From NCBI GenBank assembly GCA_037130365.1, contig JBAXTE010000015.1, positions 4,242 to 68,241 of the forward strand: a stretch of DNA of 64,000 bases, written 5' to 3'. The notes beneath the pieces are model-generated. The model ran no database searches. It saw only the letters and a list, made by a program, of their open reading frames with translations, and had not been told where the DNA came from. This document shows, in pieces, positions 9,805 through 20,100 of the stretch (the first letter of the stretch is position 1; each line of letters starts with the position of its first letter). The translations under genes and the position numbers were made by a program. This DNA is from Bacteroidota bacterium (lineage in GTDB: Bacteria; Bacteroidota; Bacteroidia; Bacteroidales; WCHB1-69).

Positions 9805-9845
9805 TTTTTTCTTTGCTTTTGTGCACTATTTGTTTAAAAGGAGTG

Positions 9846-9853
9846 CAAAGTTA
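9846..9853 (-). promoter_or_regulatory. candidate Bacteroidota sigma-A -7 box (TAACTTTG) for rplM-rpsI
   Basis: The minus strand reads TAACTTTG, which matches TAnnTTTG, about 42 nt upstream of the rplM ATG. Confidence 0.4.
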
Positions 9854-9999
9854 ATTTCTTTTTTCGTTCTTACCAAATTTCGTAACAAATTTGTGGATAA
9901 CAGTCTCATCTTTTATTTTAACGGGCAGGCAAAATTAATCATTTTATTTTGATTTATAATACTTTTTTTCGCTTCTAATCGATTTTAGTGCTAATTTTT

Positions 10000-10941
10000 T
10001 TAAAACAAAATTTTTGAAATCATTTTTTCTGAGCTTTTTTTGAATGTTTCAAGATCATTACATCGCAATAATTCGTGTTTTTCTCGTTCTTCTATTCCTC
10101 CATTTTGAGAAAAATAAGTCCAGTATTCTTTGAACTTATTTAATGCACTTTTTTCTTGACTAACCTCTTCTGTTAATTGTTGCAATAACTCATTGTGAAA
10201 TGCTTTAAATCGACTTCTTCTATTATCTAATGAATCCTGTTTGTTCAATTTTATCTCTTCTGGTAAGAATGGATTTATTATCAACTGTCTTCCAATCATC
10301 CAATCGTTTATTGTGGGAAATTTTACTTTTAATATTTCTATATCATGAGCTTTCTTAATATCTCCACTATATATTATCCGATGTTTTAATATCCTAACAC
10401 ATTCTTGCATCATCGGTAAATTTACCTCACCCTCATACATTTGAACCCCTAATCGTGGGTGTATGCATACAAAATCAAGCGGATATTTATTTAATATGTC
10501 CAATATTGGATAAATTTCCTTGGTGCTTTTTAATCCAATTCTGATCTTTATCGATAACCCTCGTTCAAAGTTTTTGAAAAATTCTGATAATAACAAATCA
10601 ATAATCTCTGGATAAATAATTAATCCTGCGCCTCGTTTATGCTTAACAACTTGACTAGCTGGACAACCTAGGTTTAAGTTTATATGAGAATATCCAAGAT
10701 TGAATATGGATTCAGCCATGGTTATAAACTGATCTGACTTATTTCCAATTACCTGAGGTATTATAGGGTATGGATTGTTCTCTGAAAAAAAATCAATTAA
10801 CCGATTGGGTTTGATTTTCCGTTGATCCATAAGTGATATGAATGGTGTAATTGTTTCGTCAATGCCTTCAAAATGACTCATCCATAAATTACGGAACGAA
10901 TAATTATTAAGCCCATGCAGTGGAGCCATCCAAAGTTTCAT
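10000..10941 (-). CDS. tRNA-dihydrouridine synthase family protein
   Basis: 313 aa. MAPLHGLNNYSFRN..., 'NLNLGCPASQVVKHKRGAGL' Dus active-site region, TIM-barrel-like spacing. A TATCTTTG box lies at 10953-10960 on the minus strand. Confidence 0.75.
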   Translation of the reverse strand: MKLWMAPLHGLNNYSFRNLWMSHFEGIDETITPFISLMDQRKIKPNRLIDFFSENNPYPIIPQVIGNKSDQFITMAESIFNLGYSHINLNLGCPASQVVKHKRGAGLIIYPEIIDLLLSEFFKNFERGLSIKIRIGLKSTKEIYPILDILNKYPLDFVCIHPRLGVQMYEGEVNLPMMQECVRILKHRIIYSGDIKKAHDIEILKVKFPTINDWMIGRQLIINPFLPEEIKLNKQDSLDNRRSRFKAFHNELLQQLTEEVSQEKSALNKFKEYWTYFSQNGGIEEREKHELLRCNDLETFKKSSEKMISKILF

Positions 10942-11065
10942 GCGTTTTTGTGCAAAGATAGGGATTTCAGTCTGTAAAGTGCCGAATTATAAAAATCTTC
11001 GATTTTTCAATAATTCGAGCATCCTCGTAAAACTATGAAATCAGAGATTTCTGGTTTTACGGGAT

Positions 11066-11155
11066 CCATAAAGTCCATAAAGTCCATAAAGTCCATAAAG
11101 TCCATAAAGTCCATAAAGTCCATAAAGTCTATAAAGTTGAAAGTTTGTAAAGTCG
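11066..11155. repeat. 9-bp tandem repeat (CCATAAAGT x7 perfect, then degenerate copies)
   Basis: Direct reading: ccataaagt is repeated head-to-tail over 11066-11128. It is followed by ctataaagt, tgaaagttt and gtaaagtcg. Confidence 0.9.
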
Positions 11156-11159
11156 AAAT

Positions 11160-11286
11160 AGAATACAGAATTAAGAAGCTAGAATTCTAAGTGTTCCTGA
11201 GTGGTCTTAGTGCCTTAGTGTTTAATTACGAAAAAGTAAATTAAAACCCCGCTTCGCGCATTCTTACTTCATTAATTCTGTATTCT
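11160..11286. repeat. 15-bp perfect inverted repeat (AGAATACAGAATTAA / TTAATTCTGTATTCT) enclosing 97 bp
   Basis: The left arm (11160-11174) is the exact reverse complement of the right arm (11272-11286). A run of reiterated TTCACG words follows at 11288-11350. Confidence 0.85.
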
Positions 11287-11431
11287 CTTTTTCACGAACT
11301 ATCTTTTCACGTCTTTTCACGTCTCACGATCAATCTTTTCACGTTTCACGGTAATAACTGGTAATAACTTTTTTAATCCAATTTTATGGATTCTTTTTAT
11401 TTTTGTCGGCTTAACAAATAAAAAATTAGAC

Positions 11432-12283
11432 ATGAATAAAAAAATTTCTGTTGCGCGATTATCGATTGCTTCTAATACTTTGTTGATAATATTAAAGTTA
11501 ATTGCTGGCATTATGAGTGGCTCGGTAAGTATTATTTCTGAAGCAATTCACTCGATGATGGATTTATTAGCGGCTATTATTGCGTATTTTGCCGTTCGTA
11601 TTTCCGATCATCCTGCAGACGAACGTCATCCATATGGACATGGCAAATATGAAAATGTCTCAGGAGTAATAGAAGCTTTATTGATTTTTATCGCTGCAAT
11701 TTGGATAATTTTTGAAGCAATTCAGAAGCTATTAACTAAAGAACCTTCTGAGTTTTTGGGTGTTGGTATTATTGTGATGTTTTTTTCGGCAATCGTCAAT
11801 ACAATTGTTTCACGTCGATTATATAAGGTTGCTAAAGAAACCGACTCAATGGCGCTTGAAGCAGATGCTTTGCATCTTAAAACAGATGTTCTTACTTCGC
11901 TAGGCGTGGCTGTGGGATTGTCATTAATATATCTTACTGGACTTCAAATTTTAGATCCTATTGTTGCAATTCTAGTTGCTCTTATGATAATTCGCGAATC
12001 TTATTTTCTATTATTACGTGCTTATCGACCACTTTTAGATTCTGCGCTTGATATTTCAGAAATTCAAGTAATTGACCAGATTTTAAAAGATAATCATGTT
12101 GAATATCATGGTTTAAAGACTCGGAAGTCGGGAAATTATAAGTTTGTTGAATTTCATCTCGAATTAGATCCGGAAGCAAAAATTATTGATGCTCATAACT
12201 TTTGTGATGAAATTGAAGATTTATTAAAAACCAAACTCGATTACTTGACTGTAACCATACATGTTGAGCCAATTAATCATTAA
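11432..12283 (+). CDS. cation diffusion facilitator (CDF) family metal efflux transporter
   Basis: 283 aa. SIASNTLLIILKLIAG.., 'SEAIHSMMDLLA', 'ADALHLKTDVLTS', six TM helices and a C-terminal cytoplasmic domain. Confidence 0.88.
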   Translation: MNKKISVARLSIASNTLLIILKLIAGIMSGSVSIISEAIHSMMDLLAAIIAYFAVRISDHPADERHPYGHGKYENVSGVIEALLIFIAAIWIIFEAIQKLLTKEPSEFLGVGIIVMFFSAIVNTIVSRRLYKVAKETDSMALEADALHLKTDVLTSLGVAVGLSLIYLTGLQILDPIVAILVALMIIRESYFLLLRAYRPLLDSALDISEIQVIDQILKDNHVEYHGLKTRKSGNYKFVEFHLELDPEAKIIDAHNFCDEIEDLLKTKLDYLTVTIHVEPINH

Positions 12284-12879
12284 ACTTCGCTATAATCTCC
12301 AGCTAGTTTTTCGTTTAACAAAGTTTGATAGAGTTCTCTCCCTAGCCAAGCATCAGTTGCAGCATATATTTGTTGTGCTTCAGATAGTTCCTCTGCTTCC
12401 CAATTACTTGTTTGTTGTGCTTTGCTAATTCTGTATCCTAACACTCTAGCGGTTAGGTTTCGTAATCCATTTTCGATATACCCACACTCATTACTTAATG
12501 TAGAAATGTCTAATAGTCCTTTTGTGGTGATGCCAAAATCATGATGAATTTTTTTTCCATCATCAGTAATTGCTAAACCAATTTTTAAAATTGATTCATC
12601 TGAAAGTAATTGAGCGAGAGTATCTGGAATACCACATTTTAGGACTCTAAAAAGCCAAGTTTTATTTCCATTACTAAGTTGAATTAATGCTAATCGTTGA
12701 ATTATTCCTTTCTTGAAGACTGGTTTAGACTCTGTATCAAAACCTAAAATTGAATCCCCTTTTAAAATTTCTTTTACGGCATTGTCTCCATCTTCTTTGG
12801 TCTCAATAAGAGCTATTTCTCCTTCAAAAGCGATTAAGGGTAAAGCATTTATCTCGTCTGGTCGAATTCTTTCGTACAT
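12280..12879 (-). CDS. 3'-5' exonuclease domain protein (RNase D / DEDDy family)
   Basis: 199 aa. 'LGFDTESKP' ExoI motif and 'YAATDAW' ExoIII (DEDDy) motif. Confidence 0.78.
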   Translation of the reverse strand: MYERIRPDEINALPLIAFEGEIALIETKEDGDNAVKEILKGDSILGFDTESKPVFKKGIIQRLALIQLSNGNKTWLFRVLKCGIPDTLAQLLSDESILKIGLAITDDGKKIHHDFGITTKGLLDISTLSNECGYIENGLRNLTARVLGYRISKAQQTSNWEAEELSEAQQIYAATDAWLGRELYQTLLNEKLAGDYSEV

Positions 12880-12893
12880 TTTTTATTGTTATA

Positions 12894-13529
12894 TTAATAT
12901 TCTAACAGACCTTTATGAACGGTCTTCTTAAACTTTCCAGAAGCAATAACTTTTTTTAAGTTTAACAATGTGAAGTAAGGTGTATCTGTTAATGTTTGAT
13001 TGACAATAGCCGTAGGCACACTTCCGGCGGGATCATTATGACTTTGATAAATAACTTTTATGCGCGATTTATCCAATGGGATAATTTCATAACTACTTAT
13101 CATATATGTCATTCTAACTCTGCCTCTATCGGGAACAATTCCTTTTTTTGCTATAAGTTTTAACGAAACAGCTTTTGTAGTTCTGTTTTGAGTCACAGTG
13201 TAGTCAAAAACAACATCTCTGTCTTTAACAGGCCAAGGAGCTTTTATTGCGGTGTAACGAGTCCCTCTAAAATCGCTTTCTCGTTTAATTTGTTCTGCCA
13301 CAATACAGTTGTGAACCCATTTAGTATATGTAGAAATATCATCAAATACCGAGATGATATTTTCTAGATTACTGTTGATAATGGTTTCGCCTTTAAACTC
13401 TTTGTAATCTGACCAGCTTACCGCTCTAGTCCAAACAGTGATACCATCTTTAGATAATACCTGATCCCAATTTTGCGCAAAAAGTGTTGGAACTGTCAAT
13501 AAAAACAAAATTATAAGTCGATATTTCAT
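12894..13529 (-). CDS. START/Bet v1-like lipid-binding domain protein, secreted
   Basis: Signal peptide MKYRLIILFLLTVPTLFAQ. START-like pattern (W..V..KDGITVWTR....YKEFKGE...W..N......YTAIKAPWPVKDRDVV). The start is trimmed to the ATG at 13527-13529. Confidence 0.55.
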   Translation of the reverse strand: MKYRLIILFLLTVPTLFAQNWDQVLSKDGITVWTRAVSWSDYKEFKGETIINSNLENIISVFDDISTYTKWVHNCIVAEQIKRESDFRGTRYTAIKAPWPVKDRDVVFDYTVTQNRTTKAVSLKLIAKKGIVPDRGRVRMTYMISSYEIIPLDKSRIKVIYQSHNDPAGSVPTAIVNQTLTDTPYFTLLNLKKVIASGKFKKTVHKGLLEY

Positions 13530-13795
13530 TGTCATTATTATTGTTTGAATATTCAAAGTTACAAATATTATAGGTTAAATCCTTCGGTTCATTAAAATTT
13601 TGACTATTTTTTTGCAATTAATTCTTCTTTTTTTGCTCGATAATTTATTGCAATTAACTTTAAACAAATGGATTGGACATTACTTTATTCATTATTTTTG
13701 CAAAACAAATTTCTTGTAAAAAGTCGGTTTTTTCTAGTAGTTCGTAATCTTAAGGCTCAAACCAGCAAATGAAAATCATTAATCAGTAATTTATT

Positions 13796-15658
13796 ATGAA
13801 GTATACAGATTTGCTGTTTATTACACCACCTCTTTTACAACTTAACTGTCCTTATCCAGCTTCGATGGTGCTTTCAGGTTATCTTCAAAGAAAGGGGTTT
13901 TCGGTTCGTCAATTCGATTTGAGCATTGAGTTAGTGAATTCGATATTTACACAAATGAATATTTCCGAAATCTTTGAACATTCAATGGAATTGCGATTGA
14001 GGAAGCAGTTCCGTCAAATGCAAGTTGTTCAAAAACTATATATTAGTAGGGTAGAAGAGGTGCTTGAATTTCTTAAAAGTCCGTCTGAAACAATTGCAAC
14101 CGAAATTTGTGCTACAGGCTTTTTACCTATCGGACATCGACGTATGCAGGTAGTAGATTTTGAAAATAGAGTTTCTTCAATTTCACTTATTAATAAAGCC
14201 ATTTGGTTTGCCACACTTTTCATCGAAGAACTTGCAGATTTGATTAAAGAGGTTGATAATCAGAATTTTGAGCTAATTCGCTATGGTGAAAAGTTGTCAG
14301 TGTCGTTACCTGATTTTCAACCACTCATTGATGAGATAAATAATGCTTCGGGTATGGTGGTTGACCAGATGTTGACGTTGTTAAACGAGCAGATTCTTGA
14401 CACAAACCCCAAAGTTATCGCTTTTACAGTTCCATTTCCCGGAAATTTATTAGCAACATTGACCAGTTGCAAATTTATCAAAAACAATTTTCCCAATATT
14501 AAAATCGCAATGGGTGGGGGATATGTAAACACCGAATTGCGCTATTTAAGCGATATTCGTCTGTTTGATTATATAGATTATCTGATTTTCGACGATGGGG
14601 AAATTCCGTTAACTAATTTGCTCTCAAATATTATAAATATTAAAGAAGAATTATTAATTAGAACATGGCAAAAGTTAGATAATGAAATAGTTAAATGGAA
14701 TTTTGATTCGAAAATAAATCACTCTTTTAGCGAAAGCACTACTCCAAGTTATGTGGATATCCATCCCGAAAAATACATCTCACTGATTGAGACTGCAAAT
14801 CCGATGCACAGCTTATGGAGTTGTGGATTTTGGAACAAACTCACACTGGCCCATGGATGTTATTGGGCTAAATGTGCATTTTGCGATACAAATTTAGATT
14901 ATATTACCCGATACGAGCCCAATTCTGCTGAAAACATTGTGGACCAAATAGAAGCAGTAATAACTCAAACAAAGCAAAATGGCTTTCACTTTACCGACGA
15001 AGCAATTGCTCCAGCACTAATCAGAAAATTATGTGAAGAGATTTTAAAACGAAAGCTAACCATTCGTTGGTGGGGAAATATTCGGTTTGAACAAAATTTC
15101 ACCGATGATTTGTGTGAATTGATGAAAAAAGCTGGTTGTATCGCTGTTTCTGGTGGTTTGGAGATGGTTTCTCCACGGTTGCTCAAATTGATAAATAAAG
15201 GAGTTTCTATGGAGTCGGCAACTATGGTCCTTTGCAACTTTCGAAATCATGGAATTATGGTACATTGTTATTTAATGTATGGTTTTCCTACTCAAACAAC
15301 TCAAGAAACCCTGGATGCCTTAGAGATAGTTCGTCAGCTTTTCAATGAAAATCTCATTCAATCGGGATTTTGGCATCGCTTTGCAATGACTTTGTACTCC
15401 GATTCAGGCTGTAATCCCACAAAGTATGGAGTGAAAAAAGTAAATACTTCTAAAAACTCATTTGCAAACAACGAATTGCATTTTGAAAATCCATTCGATT
15501 TGCAAAACGATAAATTAGGAGAAGGATTGAATAAAGCCCTTTATAACTTTCTCTACAAAAATGGACTTGATTTACCCATAAATCAATGGTTTAACTTTTC
15601 GGTGCCCAAGACTATCGTGGAAAAAAACTTTGTAAAAGATTTGCTGAAAGATATTTAA
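13796..15658 (+). CDS. B12-binding-domain radical SAM protein
   Basis: 620 aa. Rossmann-like N-terminal domain, then 'LAHGCYWAKCAFCD' (CX4CX2C variant of the radical-SAM cluster motif). Confidence 0.75.
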   Translation: MKYTDLLFITPPLLQLNCPYPASMVLSGYLQRKGFSVRQFDLSIELVNSIFTQMNISEIFEHSMELRLRKQFRQMQVVQKLYISRVEEVLEFLKSPSETIATEICATGFLPIGHRRMQVVDFENRVSSISLINKAIWFATLFIEELADLIKEVDNQNFELIRYGEKLSVSLPDFQPLIDEINNASGMVVDQMLTLLNEQILDTNPKVIAFTVPFPGNLLATLTSCKFIKNNFPNIKIAMGGGYVNTELRYLSDIRLFDYIDYLIFDDGEIPLTNLLSNIINIKEELLIRTWQKLDNEIVKWNFDSKINHSFSESTTPSYVDIHPEKYISLIETANPMHSLWSCGFWNKLTLAHGCYWAKCAFCDTNLDYITRYEPNSAENIVDQIEAVITQTKQNGFHFTDEAIAPALIRKLCEEILKRKLTIRWWGNIRFEQNFTDDLCELMKKAGCIAVSGGLEMVSPRLLKLINKGVSMESATMVLCNFRNHGIMVHCYLMYGFPTQTTQETLDALEIVRQLFNENLIQSGFWHRFAMTLYSDSGCNPTKYGVKKVNTSKNSFANNELHFENPFDLQNDKLGEGLNKALYNFLYKNGLDLPINQWFNFSVPKTIVEKNFVKDLLKDI

Positions 15659-15811
15659 ATATCAGAAAATCAATATTATATAAATAATGTCCATTAATAA
15701 TGAATATTAATATACGTTATTAATGGATAATAGTGTACATTCATTTGAAAAAGATGGGAAAATAATCACAGCAATACCTGATCAAAAATGGGTGATGTAA
15801 TTTTGTAGTTG

Positions 15812-16360
15812 CTATTCAATTTTTAATATTTTCATTTCAGACCTATTGCATAAACTACAAGCAGCTTCTTTTTCATCTTTTGATAGTAAGTTAATTATAT
15901 AATCTCTAGTAAGACAAGTCCCTTTTGGAAATAAGTATTTATTTCCATTATATACAGAAACATAGTCCTTTTCAAGACATCTGGTTTTCTTGGAACCATA
16001 GCCTTCTGCAATGAGTCTACGACTTTCAATACCTTTAGAAATCAAATATTTTACAATATTGTCTGCTCTATATTTTGATAATGTATCGTTTGTCATAGGT
16101 ATTTCTCTTAAATCGGTGTGAACTGATATTTCAACCACAATTTTGGGGTTTTTCTGAAGAAAAACAATAACTGAGTCTAATGGCTTAAATGGATTTTTCA
16201 CTCTAAAAGATTCATAAATAATTTCTGGGAAGAAATAAGTGTCTCCTACTGAAAATACCGTGTCGCATAAGTTAAAGTACTTTGTTGAATTGTTTTGAGC
16301 ATTCAAATTATTGCTTAATAAGAATACAATTAAGATGATTATTTGGCTAATTTTATTCAT
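15812..16360 (-). CDS. OmpA-family (peptidoglycan-associating) protein
   Basis: Signal peptide MNKISQIIILIVFLLSNNLNAQ. OmpA-like C-terminal region (ISVHTD...LSKYRADNIVKYLISKGIESRRLIAEGYGSKK). The start is trimmed to 16360. Confidence 0.75.
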   Translation of the reverse strand: MNKISQIIILIVFLLSNNLNAQNNSTKYFNLCDTVFSVGDTYFFPEIIYESFRVKNPFKPLDSVIVFLQKNPKIVVEISVHTDLREIPMTNDTLSKYRADNIVKYLISKGIESRRLIAEGYGSKKTRCLEKDYVSVYNGNKYLFPKGTCLTRDYIINLLSKDEKEAACSLCNRSEMKILKIE

Positions 16361-16519
16361 GAACTTTTTAAAATTATCACATTTGTTTATCAAGAACTAG
16401 TAAATTAAAAGCATCAAAATCAACCAATTTTAAGGAGAAATAACTTTGTTTAAGACTGATTTTTATTCAATTTTCAAAAAAGGTCAATACCTGCTAATTT
16501 TTTAGAGAAATAAGTGATA

Positions 16520-19090
16520 TTAAGAGCAAATACTTGTTTGTTTTTTTAGAATGGAATTTATTTTCTGAATCATTTCTGCAATTTTAATGGGTTTAGTTAT
16601 ATAGCCATCAAACGGTTTTCCAAATCTTTCTTTTTCCGTTTCCAAAGCAAAAGCAGTTTGTGCAATTATGGGTAAATTTGGTCGGAATTCTTTAATAATT
16701 ATTGCAGCTGTGTGGCCATCCATAATTGGCATTTTAATGTCCATTAGTACTATGTCAATATTAAAATTGCTTTTACATATTTCTACAGCTTCTTTTCCTG
16801 TTGTTGCTACAAATAATTTTAAACAACTCTTTTTTAGAATTTGAGTGTAATACAATAATGCAGTTTCGTCATCTTCTGCGATTAAAATTGTAGAGTTCAA
16901 AATCTCATTACCTAATTTAAATACAGCATCTGATTTATGTTGTTTAATTTCAGATTTTACATTAATAGGTATTGTGAAATTGAATTGTGATCCTACTCCT
17001 GGTTCGGATGTTAACATGATTTCACCTCCCAACATTTCAACATATGCTTTTGATATTGATAGTCCTAAACCAGCTCCCTCATAACCTCTAGATAAACTTA
17101 TGTCAGCTTGAATAAAACGTTCAAAAATTGTACTTTGCTTGTTGATAGGAATCCCAATTCCTGTATCTTTTACAAAGAATTCATACATGTTCTCCTTTAA
17201 TTGATACCCAAATTCAATACTTCCACTATTGGTGAATTTGATAGCATTTTTAATTAAATTGGTCAATATAGCATATACTTTTTCTCTGTCAGTTATAATA
17301 AATGCTTCATTAATTGGGAGCGAACAGCTTACGGACAAGTTTAAACCTTTTTGTTTTGCCTCTAATTTAAAGAAATTAAATAGAAAATCAATTTGGATAT
17401 TCACATTCGTTTCAGAAAAAGAAATTTCCATTTGGCCTGATTCCACCTTTGAAATATTAATTAAATCGTTGATGATGTTTAACATTCGCTCACCACTTTT
17501 CTTAATAATATCGATAAACATTTGTTGGTCTTCTCCACTCAGCTTAGGATCTTTCAGTAATTCTGCAAAGCCAAGAATGCCATTCATTGGAGTGCGAATT
17601 TCATGACTCATATTGGCTAAAAATGCTGATTTTAGACGGTCTGACTCTTCTGCTTTTTCTTTAGCAATAATTAATTCTTGATCTGCGCTTTTTCTGATAG
17701 TAATATCAATCCAATAGCCAATAGCTTCTTCAGGAACACCATTAGAATCGTAAATAATTTTAGTCTCATCTAGTAACCAGATATAGTTGCCATTTTTACA
17801 TAAAAAACGATATTCATGAATGTAATGACCATTTACTAATAATAATGGTGATTCTTTGAAGAATTTTTGCTGATCTTCTGGGTGGATATGCGATGCTCTA
17901 AAGTTTGGCGTATTAAGCATTTCTTTGGGAGAATATCCAGTCAATGCCTCAATGTTTTCACTTATAAATGTCCAATCAAAAGGCTCAGTTGCTTTAGAAG
18001 TGTATATTATTGCTGGATTAGAAGATAGTAAATATTTTAATCGTTGTTCGCTTTCTTTTAGAGCTTTTTCTGCAAGTTTTCGTTTTGTATTGCTTATTGC
18101 AACACATACAATTCCAGAAATATCTCCATTGGTATCTAGCATTACCGAGCTAGAAAACAAAACAGATATTTTTTCACCGTTTTTGGACTTATATGTTTTT
18201 TCAATGTTTGATGCGCAGATTATTTTAATTAAATCTTCGCTTTTAATCCCTTGTGAAAGCTTATCATCTTCTAAGATGATTCTGAGAGGTTTTCCAATCA
18301 ACTCCGCTTCTTCATATCCTAATAATAGTAATGTTGAGTTATTTACTTTTTGGATAATGGTGTCGGTATCAATTACAATTAAAGCATCTAACATAGATTT
18401 AATAATGTTATCAGTATAATCTTTAGCTGATGCTAATTCCTTACTCGCTTTATCGATATCCTTTAAAATATACAATAATGCACTTCGAGAATCATCTAGT
18501 TTTTTTGTCCTTTCCTTAACTTTATAATCTAGATTATTTCTTTCTTGTTCTAACTTATCAGTCTCTTCTTTTAATTTTTCAAACAGACTTTCGGATATTT
18601 GAAAGTTTTCAAAAAGAAGCATCACCTGATTCATGTATGCTTGCATAACTTTAAGATCATTCTTCGTAGGCATACATTCAAAGATGTAGGCAATTATTCC
18701 AATAATTTTGTCATTGATAAAAATCGGAAAAGTGGCAATATGTTGTAATCCAAGATTATTGATTGCAATATCTAAAATATATTTTGGTACTATTTTTTTA
18801 GTTGCTGGGGTTACATCACTTATCAAATAATTTTTTTCATCAACAATTTTTTTAATATATGGATTAATGTCATAACGAAAATTGTGACTTAAAGTGGTGA
18901 TTTCAGTTGTAAATTTTGTTGTTTCTTTGGCTAATTTTCGAATAATAGTTGAATTTTTATCCTCAATAGCTTTAAATTCAAACCGTTTATTTTCTTCATT
19001 AAGCATACATAAAACTGTTATTGATGCTCCTGAAATATCTCGAGCATTATTAATAACTATTTGGTATTGATTAAGTGACGTACCTTTCAT
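16520..19090 (-). CDS. hybrid sensor histidine kinase/response regulator with GAF-like, coiled-coil and two PAS domains
   Basis: 856 aa. H-box 'SHEIRTPMNGILGF', N/G boxes (..LIKNAIKFT.., DTGIGI, GGEIMLTSEPGVGSQF). C-terminal receiver (ILIAEDDE...VLMDIKMPIMDG...KP). Confidence 0.9.
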   Translation of the reverse strand: MKGTSLNQYQIVINNARDISGASITVLCMLNEENKRFEFKAIEDKNSTIIRKLAKETTKFTTEITTLSHNFRYDINPYIKKIVDEKNYLISDVTPATKKIVPKYILDIAINNLGLQHIATFPIFINDKIIGIIAYIFECMPTKNDLKVMQAYMNQVMLLFENFQISESLFEKLKEETDKLEQERNNLDYKVKERTKKLDDSRSALLYILKDIDKASKELASAKDYTDNIIKSMLDALIVIDTDTIIQKVNNSTLLLLGYEEAELIGKPLRIILEDDKLSQGIKSEDLIKIICASNIEKTYKSKNGEKISVLFSSSVMLDTNGDISGIVCVAISNTKRKLAEKALKESEQRLKYLLSSNPAIIYTSKATEPFDWTFISENIEALTGYSPKEMLNTPNFRASHIHPEDQQKFFKESPLLLVNGHYIHEYRFLCKNGNYIWLLDETKIIYDSNGVPEEAIGYWIDITIRKSADQELIIAKEKAEESDRLKSAFLANMSHEIRTPMNGILGFAELLKDPKLSGEDQQMFIDIIKKSGERMLNIINDLINISKVESGQMEISFSETNVNIQIDFLFNFFKLEAKQKGLNLSVSCSLPINEAFIITDREKVYAILTNLIKNAIKFTNSGSIEFGYQLKENMYEFFVKDTGIGIPINKQSTIFERFIQADISLSRGYEGAGLGLSISKAYVEMLGGEIMLTSEPGVGSQFNFTIPINVKSEIKQHKSDAVFKLGNEILNSTILIAEDDETALLYYTQILKKSCLKLFVATTGKEAVEICKSNFNIDIVLMDIKMPIMDGHTAAIIIKEFRPNLPIIAQTAFALETEKERFGKPFDGYITKPIKIAEMIQKINSILKKQTSICS

Positions 19091-19137
19091 TTATGATGTT
19101 GTTTGGAAATTATTAGAAATCTGAATTTTGATTGTAA

Positions 19138-20088
19138 TTATTGTGAAAACTTGCTTTTTAACTCTTTCATTTCGTCTTCCATTTTTTTCATTTTAAGCTC
19201 ACGTCCTATAGTTAAATCATGAAAATCTTCAAGTTCTCGAACTCTATTTTTAAGATCTTCTTCTGCATTTACTCTAATAGTAATGTCTTCATGCATAAGA
19301 ACAATGTTTTCAAGTTTACCATCTGATAAGAAAACTGGAAAAATAACAGAACCTATAAAGATTGGATTATCAGGATACTTAGGGTCGATTGAATGTGCAT
19401 TATACCAAATAGGAGGAGTTGCCACAACCTCACCTTTAACAACGAGCATTAGTAGTTCGTAAAATCCATTTTCTTTAATAATTGGATCTTTCAATATTGA
19501 CCAATCTTTGTCAGGTATTGTTTTAAATAGCTCAAGATATGCTTTGTTTTCTCGAATATGATGTCCTTCAGCATCTAAAATTTGAATACTATAAGGATTA
19601 TGTTCAATAATACTATTAAGCAGTTCAATTTTCATTTTATTTTCTTCTTCCGAAAGACGAATTTTTGTAATATCTTGAGTGACTCCAAATATTTCAATAA
19701 CAATTCCATTTTCGTTTTTATTCAAAGGGGTGAGAATTGTTGAAAAATAGCACTCTTCGTATAACATTCCTTCATAGGTTACAATTTCGCCTTCAAATGC
19801 TAGATCATAATATGGCTTAAGTTTAGAAAATTTATCAGCCCCAATAATGTCTTGCATTTTCATTCCATTTATTTGCTCAGTCCTAAAATCATATTTTTCT
19901 GCAATTTTGCCAGCACTAAATGTGATAATATATTCTCCATTCGAGTCTTTTTCACATCTAAATATTTGACTTTCAAAAGCCCGGATAATTTTCACTAAGT
20001 CAATGCTGTTTTTTTGGCTTACTTCAAATATTTTTTCGAGAATTGTCATTTTCTGTTGGGCTTCTTCAATTTTTTTTTGCATGCTCAT
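19138..20088 (-). CDS. PAS domain-containing protein (no output domain)
   Basis: 316 aa with two PAS-like modules separated by a linker and a C-terminal coiled coil. Lies directly upstream of the hybrid kinase on the same strand. Confidence 0.65.
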   Translation of the reverse strand: MSMQKKIEEAQQKMTILEKIFEVSQKNSIDLVKIIRAFESQIFRCEKDSNGEYIITFSAGKIAEKYDFRTEQINGMKMQDIIGADKFSKLKPYYDLAFEGEIVTYEGMLYEECYFSTILTPLNKNENGIVIEIFGVTQDITKIRLSEEENKMKIELLNSIIEHNPYSIQILDAEGHHIRENKAYLELFKTIPDKDWSILKDPIIKENGFYELLMLVVKGEVVATPPIWYNAHSIDPKYPDNPIFIGSVIFPVFLSDGKLENIVLMHEDITIRVNAEEDLKNRVRELEDFHDLTIGRELKMKKMEDEMKELKSKFSQ

Positions 20089-20100
20089 AGTTCATTTGTT

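Noticed and set aside
11066-11155. Possible CRISPR array
   Set aside because: This is a 9-bp head-to-tail microsatellite with no spacers, and no cas genes occur in the window.
11317-11511. 64-aa minus-strand ORF overlapping the CDF transporter start
   Set aside because: It overlaps the well-supported CDF gene and the TTCACG repeat tract, and it has no motif support.
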